A stretch of DNA of 64,000 bases, from assembly GCA_010093705.1 (NCBI GenBank), contig MU006092.1, positions 254,623 to 318,622 on the forward strand, given 5' to 3'. Origin of the DNA: Patellaria atrata CBS 101060. Lineage: Eukaryota. The translations under genes were made by a program, and so were the position numbers. Shown here piece after piece: positions 12,510-23,468 of the stretch (within the stretch, counting starts at the first letter, position 1; the number at the start of each line of letters is the position of its first letter). Below the pieces are notes generated by a model. That model was given only the letters and a program-made list of their open reading frames with translations. It had not been told where the DNA came from and did no database searches.

Positions 12510-13832
12510 ATGGAAAGTGGCAACCAATCCCAAAATCTGGCCATATTGACAGTCGTTGGAAACCGTCTAGCTAAATACCTCCAGGGCTCTCGCCGACCGG
12601 CTTGGGTCGAGGATCTTCCAGATGAACTCCTGGAAATGCTCTCATATAACCTAGAACAAGGGGACCTCGCAAATCTATCTCTTGTATCAAAGCGGACCCG
12701 GGACGTCAGCGTACGGGCTCTGTACAAGGACATAACCGTAGTGGAAGAAACTGCTGGCTCATCTAAAGCTTTGTCGAGAATCAAGAGCATGTTTCGTATC
12801 CTTATGGAAGCCCCAGAGTTAGGAAAGTATACGGAATCCTTTACGGTCAGGTGTAGCGAGAGTCTAATTCGTGGAACGTGTCCGACTGTACCGTTTGATC
12901 CTAACGGGAAAGACGCCCAGCTGATTAGCTTATTCACTCAAAAGTTTTCTCAAGTCAATAATCTCGCAGGTCTTGGGCCAGGTCTACGTGAAAACAGGTT
13001 TGGTGTACTTGTTATCGTCCTTCTGTTTTGCTTCCCAAAGCTGAGACGTTTGGACCTCACCTTTGATGGATTGTGCTCCGCAAGTTTCTTTGAACTTTTT
13101 GAAGCAACCTTGAAAGGCCAAGAAATACCATTCTTTTCGCAACTTCGTAAAGTAACATATAAGGAGTTATGGGTGGGCCCAGAGGCACGCCCATGTCTTC
13201 TTCATAGATATACTCTACCCGAGAGCGGCCCTCTCACGTGGTGTCCGACTTTCTCACTCGAGACGCTCGACCTAGCTGGAACTTGCGTCGATGCTCAAGG
13301 TTTCAGGGCTAGTTTGGCGTTATACGGCAACCTGAAGGTTCTACGCATGACGGACTATTGGGCGATCCACGATATATCTGGAGCACTTTATCAAGTCAAG
13401 GATACCCTAGACGTTCTTCACCTTGGCCGCCGTTATCATAGACAGTCTGTGCCGTTCCGACTTGATTTCTCGAAATTCAAGAAACTCCATACATTGGTTA
13501 TCAACAGTTTGGATTTCCCCAGCGCAGGGCATGGCATACCTGTCAACCTTGAAAACAAGTTTCCAGCTAGCCTCAAGCACCTCACATTTGTTCACATTCC
13601 ACTTCGTGGCTCGTGGATGACTGTGATCTGTCGAGAGGAGTGGGAGATGATTGACGATCTCACGAATGGCTTAGCTAATGTTCAGTTACCGAATCTACAG
13701 GATGTCAAAATCGTCTTTCCCAATAAGCGGGCTATATTGATTGAAGCACGGTGGAATGAGACACATAATCAACATAATTTCCGAACTTTCTGTAGGGCAT
13801 CTCGAGAATGCGTTTTATCAATTCACTTGTAG
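12510..13832 (+). CDS. F-box domain protein with LRR-like C-terminal region
   Basis: 440-aa ORF with F-box motif DLPDELLEMLSYNLEQGDLANLSLVSKRTRDVSVRALY. LRR-like segments PKLRRLDL, SLETLDL, NLKVLRM, KKLHTLVI, SLKHLTF. Confidence 0.85.
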   Translation: MESGNQSQNLAILTVVGNRLAKYLQGSRRPAWVEDLPDELLEMLSYNLEQGDLANLSLVSKRTRDVSVRALYKDITVVEETAGSSKALSRIKSMFRILMEAPELGKYTESFTVRCSESLIRGTCPTVPFDPNGKDAQLISLFTQKFSQVNNLAGLGPGLRENRFGVLVIVLLFCFPKLRRLDLTFDGLCSASFFELFEATLKGQEIPFFSQLRKVTYKELWVGPEARPCLLHRYTLPESGPLTWCPTFSLETLDLAGTCVDAQGFRASLALYGNLKVLRMTDYWAIHDISGALYQVKDTLDVLHLGRRYHRQSVPFRLDFSKFKKLHTLVINSLDFPSAGHGIPVNLENKFPASLKHLTFVHIPLRGSWMTVICREEWEMIDDLTNGLANVQLPNLQDVKIVFPNKRAILIEARWNETHNQHNFRTFCRASRECVLSIHL

Positions 13833-15556
13833 ATGGAGTGTTCATGCACATCCTTTGGCACGAATTCAAACCATGCTGCAGCAAGTACAATTTCGGCCAG
13901 AACAAAAGTTCCTTGAAACCTTCACCAAGTGTCTCTGCCTCTTCGGGTTGCGACTACTTGTGGGACCAGTCGATATTTTGGTTTCACAGTATATTCAAAC
14001 ATGTGAGAGCACTATTATCGTCCGTTTTGTATCGTCCCCTCTCACCTGGTTGACGATCACAAGCATCAGACTGGTCATCTTCTTTGTTTTTCAACTTTCC
14101 TGTTGCATTTCAATGGTCTGTTTCTTGGAGTGTATTTGTCCAGGAACTGGTCTGTTTGTTCTTGATCAAGTGGGAAATATGAAGGAGACAGCGATGGGTA
14201 TCGGAGAAAAGATTTACCCACGGATTCTGAACTTCCGCGACGATATCCAAGCTCTAGATGTGTCGGGTAGCTTTGGGATAAACGCCCTTGTGCCTCTCTG
14301 AGAATAGGAGTTTAGTTAGAAGGTTTGGCCGCATAAGATAAACATCCAAACGGCTTCATAGGTCTTGGTAATCTAAGCTTAGTGTTCTACGGGGTAACCC
14401 CTATTTCCATCACGCCGGCTTCATATTCCCTCCCTCCTTTTTCTTTTGGCAGTCTATATGATGGGTGGAAATCGTTTAATTAGTCCAAATCAAGTAGAGA
14501 AATCGAATTTACTGTATAAAACTGTATACTTTCTGTTATCAACGTGAACTTGACATATTCCTTTATTCGCTCCCGTACTCCCTACAAATTACAGTTTGCT
14601 GTTCTTGATACCCGAAACTGGTGTCATGAGAATACCGCGAGGCACTTCCATGGTAATTTTCAGATTTTCCCCAAGCGTGTACAAGTCCCAACTCTTCAGT
14701 ATGGATGCCCTCTCGTTCATATTCCCTTAGCTCCAGGCCTTTACCATCAACACCACTCTATCCAAATTCCAAACGAACCTTGAATAACTCAGATATCGAC
14801 TTCTCTTCCAACTATCGCATCCTGTGACTCTCAAACACACCTCAACTTGCGAACAAGCCTGTACACAATCTATACTAAGCAATCTCTATTCTAGCCACCA
14901 CCGATCCCACCAGTCCTACCACCTATCTATCCTGTTAGTCCTCGGCTTGGTAGTGTTTTCCTAGACTAGAGAAGTGAATTTCAGGGGTGATTGAGGACAT
15001 AGAAGGTGGTAAAGGGAAATGACTCCTTTGATAAATGAAATATGATACTGTGTTTAAGCTTGTTATGGGTTAGGAGGTAATTTAGATAGATGGGAGACGA
15101 TGCTATTTGCTATTGATGTTCCGGCTTGTATAGCAACTCCCTTGATCCGTAATAAGACTTTCGAATCTCCAAGCACCCTCTCGCTATTAGTACGGTCCTG
15201 GATTATTCGTACATTTAACGTCGTACAAGTTTTCCTCTCTTGTACACAAATGTTGACGCCGTACAAGCGAGCCAGAACTGAACAAATTGCATATATTGAC
15301 GATGCTCTTTTCACAGTTCAAAAAAAATGTGCCTTCATCCAGCCTCTACAACAAGATGAAACTGCGGATGGTGAACGTTGTAGTTGATGTTTGATTGTAC
15401 ATGATTCGCTGCAGGGGGAACTGGATAGATCTTAGCGCTAAAACTAACGATACCTTACGGCAGCCCGTAGTCTCGAATAATGAACACGCTTCCGAATATT
15501 GTAGCGATGAAACCTCACAACTTCATAGCGATCAAATAGTCTTTTACAATAGAAAC

Positions 15557-17519
15557 ATGTCCACACAAACGCCCACAGATCCGATAAGTAATACAAGTTC
15601 GTGCCCGTCCTCTAAGAGACTCTATGGCCCCAGATCTGTCCATGATAATCTCGTTCGTATCACAGCTGATACCTTAGCTTAGATTCAACTTCGAAATCGA
15701 AGAAGAAGAACAAGAAGAAGAAGGGAGGAGGCGGGCCTAAATTAGACACGAATGCGGCCGTCGCAACAGCCAATGGGTCAAAACCAGAAGCAGATGTCGA
15801 AGCATATGGCGGGGAAGGGGATGACGACGAATTAGAGTCTCCCACGGTAATTAGACTAGTCCCAAGATACGAACATAACTCATACTCGCCAGAAATCTGC
15901 ACCAGAGGATACACAAGATGATGACGCCGAAAATGACTCCCCAGTACCAACACCCCAGCCCAATGGTGTTCGCAAAACCGCGACGGCGCCAAATCAGATA
16001 GAGACGCCATCCGGTTCAGAAGAACAGCTGGATACCCTAATAAAAGAGCGGGAAAGCTTAAGAGCAGAAGTCTCAGAGCTTAGAAAGTCACTAGAAAGCA
16101 TAAAAGAGAAGCATGACGGTGAAGTCAAGGGGTTAACGGAGTCACTAGAGGAGTCGCAATCGGGAAAAGAGCACTGGGAAGCACAATATCGAAATCTCAT
16201 GGGCAAAGTCAACACTATAAGGTCACAGTTAGGGGAGAGGTTGAAGTCTGATGCTGTATGCATAAGGTTCTACGCTTTCGTAACACAACCCTGTGCTAAA
16301 CATTGCCTAGGAAGATTTGGCCCAAGCACGAGCACGAATCGAGGAGCTAGAGGAGCAAAATCGTGGTACCTCGGAAACGAATAAGAGTTTGGAGGAACAA
16401 CTCGAACAGCTACGCGCTCAATACCAGGCTCAATCGCAGGAGGTATTAAATTTGCGGAGTCGCGCAACTTTATCCCAACAGAATTGGATCAAAGAGCGCG
16501 ATGAACTTGTCCAAAGAGAAGCATATGCCAAAGAAGAATTCGAGACAGCGAAGCAGGCTATGCAGGATTGGGAGGTATTAGCTATGGAGGAGCGATCATT
16601 AAGAGAAAGTCTTGGTGATCGAGTGGCCGAGCTTGAGGAGCAGTTGTCGAATCAAAGAGAAGCATATGAACGTGCATCATCTGAAAGAGACAGTCAATCT
16701 TCCACCGTAGACAAGTTGCAAAGTGCGCTTCAAGTGATCCAGGATGGTAAGATCATCGGCAAATCTTATTTTATCTACCAGTGTGCTGATTTGAATTGAT
16801 AGAGCGTAAAAAAGAGCTCAGAGAACTTGTAGAGAACTCTCAAAAGGCGATGGACGAGATGCGGAAGCAACTCCAAGCTGCTGAGGAAGCCGCAAGTTCA
16901 GCAAAGACAGACCTGGAGAGTACGCGAAAAGAACTCGAGCGAGCATTGCCTTTCGAAAAGGAGGTTAAAGAGAAGAATCTCCTCATTGGTAAACTACGAC
17001 ATGAAGCGGTCATTCTGAATGAGCATCTCACAAAAGCTCTTCGGTTCCTCAAAAAGGGAAAACCGGAGGACAATGTTGATAGGTTAGTGACTATTGACAG
17101 ATATTTCCCTCTCCACGTGACTAATATGATATAGACGAGTGGTTACGAATCATTTCCTTCGATTTCTAGCTCTAGATCGCTCAGACCCGAAGAAGTTCCA
17201 GATCCTCCAGCTCATAGCGGCACTGCTAGCTTGGACTGATGAGGAGAGAGAACAAGCAGGTCTTGCTCGGCCCGGTGCATCTAATGCTACTCTTCGGATT
17301 CCGATATCACCCTTCCGGAGAACACCTTCAACTCCTTCGCTAAATGCAGATGCTTTGCTCGCTAGCGAAGGCGGAAGCAGTAAAGAGACCCTTGCAGAGC
17401 TCTGGAGTGATTTCTTAGAGCGGGAGTCACAACAATCAGAGTCTAGCAGAAGAGGAAGCGCGATGAGTCCCGCTAGTGAAAGTGGGCGTAAAAGCAATAC
17501 CGGGCTGGGATTATCTTGA
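15557..17519 (+). CDS. RUD3: Golgin / Golgi matrix protein with C-terminal GRAB (GRIP-related) domain, Rud3-like; multi-exon
   Basis: Long coiled coil, then EVKEKNLLIGKLRHEAVILNEHLTKALRFLKK...DNVDR..VTNHFLRFL...KKFQILQLIAALLAW...GLAR...LAELWSDFLE. Several GT-AG introns link ORFs 16317, 16796 and 17139. Confidence 0.9.
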
Positions 17520-18129
17520 TACCACGTTCTTTTCCATACTGTACATTATATTTCGGTGAGTTCTACACGATAGCAGACATGGGCGTTCTTCAAGGGGTAG
17601 AGCTATAGAGCACCCTCCTTGTATACGGTATCTTTGGTCACATATTGCACTCTTTGGTCATTGTACACTTCGTTAGATATATTCGTCTGGTACCAGTTTT
17701 GCGGCTACAATCAGATATGGGAGCTTATCTGAGTGTTATGATCAAGCGTACAAGGAGCCATAAGTGACGTATATGACCAGATACAGACGTACAGTGGTGT
17801 AGTAATAAGCTTGCGGACGGACCCGGAAGCTCTATTTGTATGACCATGAACGTCACCAGGTGAAAGAAACCACCACCTAAAGAATGAGTATACTGTAAGC
17901 AGTGGCAACTGACGCATGCAAACAAATACCTCGATTCCTAAAACCTTCTCTCCGTACCTCTATACAAGCAATATCATAAACATATATAATACAACTTAAA
18001 CCCCAGATCCACGCTGAGAGACAGTTGCTCCACATACCGCCCGCCTAACGGTCAAGCTCAAACATCCCGCATCTGCCAAGACGCACCGATATCCCCCTCG
18101 ATATCACACCGCATCCAAAACATCCACTC

Positions 18130-19254
18130 ATGCTTTCCAAGCTCTCTAACACCGTCAAATCCGTCCCTGCGTACCTCCGCGCCTCGTCCTCGATCCCCGA
18201 CCCAATCGAGAAGTTCGCGACAGACTTCTCGCGCCCGCGTACTAGCTCAACAAGCTCCCAACGCAGCTCTAAAGACGTCACGAGGCGGTCCAGCGTAGAA
18301 GAAGAGGGCGAGGGTTCGAACAGCAACAGCAAGGCTAGAGGCAAGAAGAGGTTGAGTAGAGGGAAGATGGCGCCCACGGGGAAGGATCTGGAGGCGGTCG
18401 AGAAGAACCGGCCGATTGTTATAAGCGGACCCAGCGGCAGTGGGAAGAGCACCATATTGAAGAAGCTGTTTGAGGAGTTCCCCGATAGGTTTGGGTTCAG
18501 CGTTAGTCGTATGTTTATACCTCTCTTACTCTTCCCCTGCATCTCCCAGTTTAGAGCATGGTGAAGGGCTTCACTGCTGTTCCTAGGTCTATATAGCTTC
18601 CCCTCCCCTCGTTCTACTACTCCAATCTACGGTTCCTATTCTGGCTACAAACGAAACTGACACTCCCTTAGATACCACCCGCGCCCCTCGTGCTGGCGAA
18701 GTCGACGGCCGCGAATACCACTTCACGACGCCCTCCGCCTTCACCGCCCTCGTAGACGCAGGCGGCTTCATCGAGCACGCGACCTTCGGCGGGAACATGT
18801 ACGGCACCAGCATCCAGGCCGTCGAGGACATCGCCAAAGAGGGCAAAATCTGCATTCTCGACATTGAGATGGAGGTAAGACCATCATCTCTCTTCTTCAC
18901 CCCCGTTTATTCTCACAATCGGAACCCTTTCTGCCACTATACCCGACCGATCATAAGACGTCAAGGAGCATATGCTGACATTTTGATATCTAGGGCGTCA
19001 AACAAGTCGCCAGCCATGCAAACTTCCCCCGTCCGCGATTTCTGTTCTTGCAGCCACCGTCAGTGGAGATTTTAGAGCAGAGGCTCAGGGGCCGCGCGAC
19101 AGATAGCGAGGAGGCGATCCAGAAGCGGCTGAAGCAGGCCGAGGTCGAGATGGAGTTTGCGAGGAGTGGAGGAATTCACGATAAAATTGTTGTGAATGAT
19201 GATTTGGACACGGCGTATAAGGAGGCGAGAGACTTTATTATTGACGGGAAATAG
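18130..19254 (+). CDS. GUK1: Guanylate kinase; alternative start at 18367; two introns
   Basis: [16 protein letters not shown]-loop, [78 protein letters not shown]. Confidence 0.97.
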
Positions 19255-19803
19255 CTTGGGCAGATAAGGGAATAGGATAAGTAAGGGGATTAAGTAGGTG
19301 CGAGGAGTTGATACCCGTAGGGAGGAATTGTTCATAGTTTGAAACACACTACCAACTTCAAAGATATGTTGCAAAGGTGCATAATTACTATATCCTCAGA
19401 TTGAAAAAATAAAGATATTAACGGTATCGAAAACCCGGTCCTGGTATTGAAGGTTAAAGATCCCTTGCCTGCACCGCAGACCCATGACGCTTTTCACGCC
19501 GCAAAATCCACAGGAGAAGTGAAAAAACATCGAGCACACACCAGCATTAACACGAATACTTCAGTTTCAGAGTTTTGCCCCCATTTCTCCAAGCTCTCGC
19601 AAGTCGGTTCCCTACGACTTTAGAGGAATAGCCACGTTCTCGACGCCCTGAGCAGCGAGCATTGCGGAATCCTTGACCAATTTGCGCTGAAATGCCTCCC
19701 ACGTCTGCGGACTATCCAAGCACATACATGTTAGTAGATCCAAAAAGAAAGGATGGACGGGCTGTATAATATATGCTTAGAAGGCAAAGGGGAGGTTTTG
19801 TAA

Positions 19804-20992
19804 CTAATACCCGTTCATAGTCATGCGCTGTGAGTTCCGGCTCAGCTCCCTGTCTGCGGAGGGAGAGATGGGCCGGCTGCCAGTGTGACCTTGAACGGCG
19901 CTGCTCTCCTTGAGAGCAAGCAGTTGCTTCGCGCGGAAGGACTCGTAGTGGATCTGCGAAGTTGTTTCGATTAGATCCTGAAGGTGGGTTCGGGTAAGGA
20001 AGTTGCGCAGGGCAACGAATTCGCAGTGGGACTCATCCTCGACTAAGAGGTATTAGTATGGAGAGCAACTTGGGTGAAACGAGTGATTTACCATTGATGA
20101 CACCCCAGCGGTTTTGACGACCACGGACCTGCTTGCCACCTACTACGATGGTCTTCTCAGACCCAACGACAGCGAAAGGAATGGTTTCCTACAGAGTATG
20201 AGCATGATAATATTGCGAAATTTTCCGAGTGGAATACCTTGATGCGTTCGTTTAACTCGATTTCCTCCCTATCGTGCTCTTCATTCTCATAAGGATACAT
20301 CCTCAGATTATGGAAAGCAAACTCCTCCTTTATCCTCTGCTTGAAGGTTGCCCTCTCTTCTAGCGTCAAAGAGTCACTCTTAGCAATGACTGGCACTACA
20401 TTGACAAACTCAGAAAGCTTCTTGAGAACAACGATATCAATGGGCTTGAGCGCGTGTCCAGATGGCTGGATGAAGAACAAGCAGCAGTGGATTCTAGTAT
20501 CCTGTAGATATCTCTCACGCTGTGCTGTCAACTCCTTACGCAAATACGCGCTGTGCTGGTCCTTGATATACTTGACAATCGGGTCCCAGCAGCGATCATT
20601 ATTTATAAGATCGCCGTAACCCGGTGTATCAACAATGTTGAGCCGCAGACGGACACCATTCTCCTCGATAACGTGTGAAACGGGGGAAATTTCGGTTGTG
20701 CTGCGAATGGGTTCCTCTGGTGCTAGACGACCTTTAGAATCCATCAAGTGGGAAGCGAAGATCGTATTGATGAGCGTAGATTTCCCGAGACCAGTCTGGC
20801 CTGTATTGAAATTAGTATAAGCATCTCAAAATAATTGCCTCGATATTTCATACCAACGCAGATGATATTGAACTGGAAACCGCGCTTCAGCAGCTTCTTC
20901 TCAATTTGCTGAGTGATGCTGTCGAAACCGACATGGCTCTTTGGGTAGACCGACTGCGGCAACGGTGACAGAGGGGAGTTCACGGTTGCCAT
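19804..20992 (-). CDS. CDC10: Septin Cdc10/AspD; three introns
   Basis: HVGFDSITQQIEKKLLKRGFQFNIICVG|QTGLGKSTLINTIF, DTPGYGD, HCCLFFIQPSGH, VPVIAKSD, ending ...RMTMNGY*. No C-terminal coiled coil, as expected for the Cdc10 group. Confidence 0.97.
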
Positions 20993-21326
20993 TGTGCCAA
21001 ATGATGCGGTATTAGAACAGTCGTGGGGTCTAGGAGTTCGTCTTCGTGTGTTGTCGAGGTGGAAGATGTTTGTGCTGTCCAGAATAATTATGGGGAAACC
21101 GTTTGAGAGACCCTTTCCAAAAGTTCGCTCCCTAGCAGTCTATGCGGGAAAGGGGCACGAAGCTTGGTGTCGCGTATTCGAGCTAAACTAGATTCGGCAT
21201 GGTCACTTTTACCCTAAGTGCTACCAAAAAGTTCAATATTCAGTTCAGTTGATATTATTGATATCATCTATCACTTGCATGTCCATCGCCATTAAAGGGC
21301 TTATACCGCTCATTAGACCAACCATC

Positions 21327-21799
21327 ATGGCTTTGCGACCCCTCCTCTCCAATTCTCTCCTTCAGACACTTCTCCCAGTCTCCAATGCCCTAGTACGACA
21401 GACCAGTATACCTATCCTTCGACAGTTTCGATTACCTTCTCAGCCATCTCTTGCTATACCAATTCCCTTCGCAGCAATTTCAGGAGCATCTATCGTACTT
21501 AAAGATATTTGGGAATCAATTTTACGCGCCGTGCCGAAGAAGAAAACATCGCATATGAAAAGGCGGCATAGGTTTATGGCTGGCAAGGCATTGAAGGACC
21601 TTACAGAGCTGAACAAATGTCCCAGTTGCGGCAGAGTAAAACGGGCACATTTACTATGTCCGTACTGTGTGCAAGGTAAGGCAAGATTGAGGCATACGTT
21701 ATGAACCTTAGAGCTGACGACAATGTAGATGTGAAGGACTGGTTCAAGGGAAGATTCTCTACTAGTAGCGCAAAGACGACGGAAACGAAGGCAGAATAA
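21327..21799 (+). CDS. MRPL32: Mitochondrial ribosomal protein bL32m
   Basis: Presequence-like N-terminus, then [21 protein letters not shown]...[15 protein letters not shown] zinc ribbon. One intron (GTAAGG...GCTGAC...TAG) precedes a short last exon. Divergent from CDC10. Confidence 0.93.
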
Positions 21800-22105
21800 C
21801 CTTATTGTTTGTGAATAGATGATGGCGTGAGAGCAGGGCGTTTTGGGATGCATTTTCTGGAGTTTTGAAAGCGTGATCTTTAAAATCACAGGGATAACTG
21901 GTGAATTCCACCATCTGTCTAAATGTATCAATACTGTATTGTGCAAAGTAAAAGGGATAGGTAATGTTGTGATATATCTATGCCGTGGAATAATTTACTT
22001 CCAAATATATCAAATATGACGTTGGTCAATGCCCGCGAAACTCATGTCGTGATCACAACCTTCCCTCACCTCGTTCACGCCTCTCAATGCATATAATATT
22101 CCACA

Positions 22106-23468
22106 ATGGTTTGAGATTTTTAAGAGCCCTCTCATCTTTCTCAACTAACTCTGTACAGTCTAAGCAATACCTCACTCTCCACACTCTCGACGCCGCGCAT
22201 CCAACTGACATCTTCGGTCTCGCCGCAACTCCAACCCAGCTCCTCTCCGCATCGGGCTCTTCCACTATTCAAATACATGATACGACATCTCCAGAATTTC
22301 CTACAGTGCAGACCCTAAAAGGTGTCCACAAACTAGGCTGTCACCACATCTGTACCAGTGCAGATGGAAAGAGTACCGCGAGCGCGGGGTTCGGAGGAGA
22401 GGTCAAAGTGTGGAGTATCAATGAAGAGAGTAAAGAATGGAAGGAGGTGGGGAGTATTGTAGGTTGGTCTTTTCGTTCCGCACAGAAGTAAAAGAGCTTG
22501 CGAATGGAAGATCAGTGATTGGGTTTAAGTAGTATTAAGCATATCGCTAATATATGTGAACAGACAATAGCAAAGCCGGTGAACTATGGGCGATCGCGCT
22601 AAGTGAGGACGGAAGATATCTTGCCAGCACTTCGTATGATGGTCGCATCAATGTGTGGGATACCCAAGCCGGGATGGAGAAGATTAGGGAATATGAGACG
22701 AAAGGGAGCTTTGGGATGGCTGTTGATATGGTATGTCTGCATGAATTGCTCCTTCTACTCCCTCCAACCTGTTCCAGAATTACATATAGCTTAAGTGCAT
22801 TTGTACTAATCCAGTCACGCTTTTAGTCCGTAGATGGCCGCTTCACAGCTTCCGGTCACGAAAATGGCAGCGTCTATCTCTTCAATAATGACACTGGCCG
22901 CATGTTACACTCGTTACCAGGTAAAATGCCTCATCGTATAGTCTCATGGACAATCCCACAGTTCCCTTTCATTAGTCACAAACCTTGCTCTGACCCTATT
23001 CAGGCCTTGTCAAGCCAGTTCGCGCTGTTGCTTTCTCTCCAGCCAGTAAGCTCCTTGCAGCAGCTGGTGACTCTCGTATCATTGCTATCTACGATGTCTC
23101 TTCTGGGGAGCAAGTCGCTAACCTGCCGGGTCATGTGGCTTGGGTCTTCAGCCTTGACTGGAGCTTTTCTGGAGAGTATCTTTTAAGCGGGTAAGTTGAA
23201 AACGAAGTTATACATCCACGGCTTCAATTCTACTCTTCAAGATCTCGAATATATTTAAGGCATTCTGAATTAACAATCTACCAGTGGGTATGACGGTAAA
23301 GCCAAGGTCTGGTCGATTGATACTCGTACTTGCGTCGCTACGCACTCGGAAACAGATAAGATTCTTTGGGCTGTACGATGGTTACCCAAGACCAGCAGGG
23401 CTGAGATGTTTGCGGTTGCCGGTGGGGCGGGAAGCATATCTTTCTACAGGGAGGCGAGTGGAAGCTGA
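22106..23468 (+). CDS. SKI8: WD40 protein Ski8/Rec14; multi-exon
   Basis: ATG-only first exon, intron 22109-22158, then SKQYLTLHTLDAAHPTDIFGLA...HKLGCHHI...YETKGSFGMAVD...SGHENG...LPGLVKPVRAVAFSP...FYREASGS*. Confidence 0.92.

Noticed and set aside
13741..14301. 186-aa ORF overlapping the end of the F-box gene
   Set aside because: Non-ATG start, no motif, and it lies in the probable 3'UTR.
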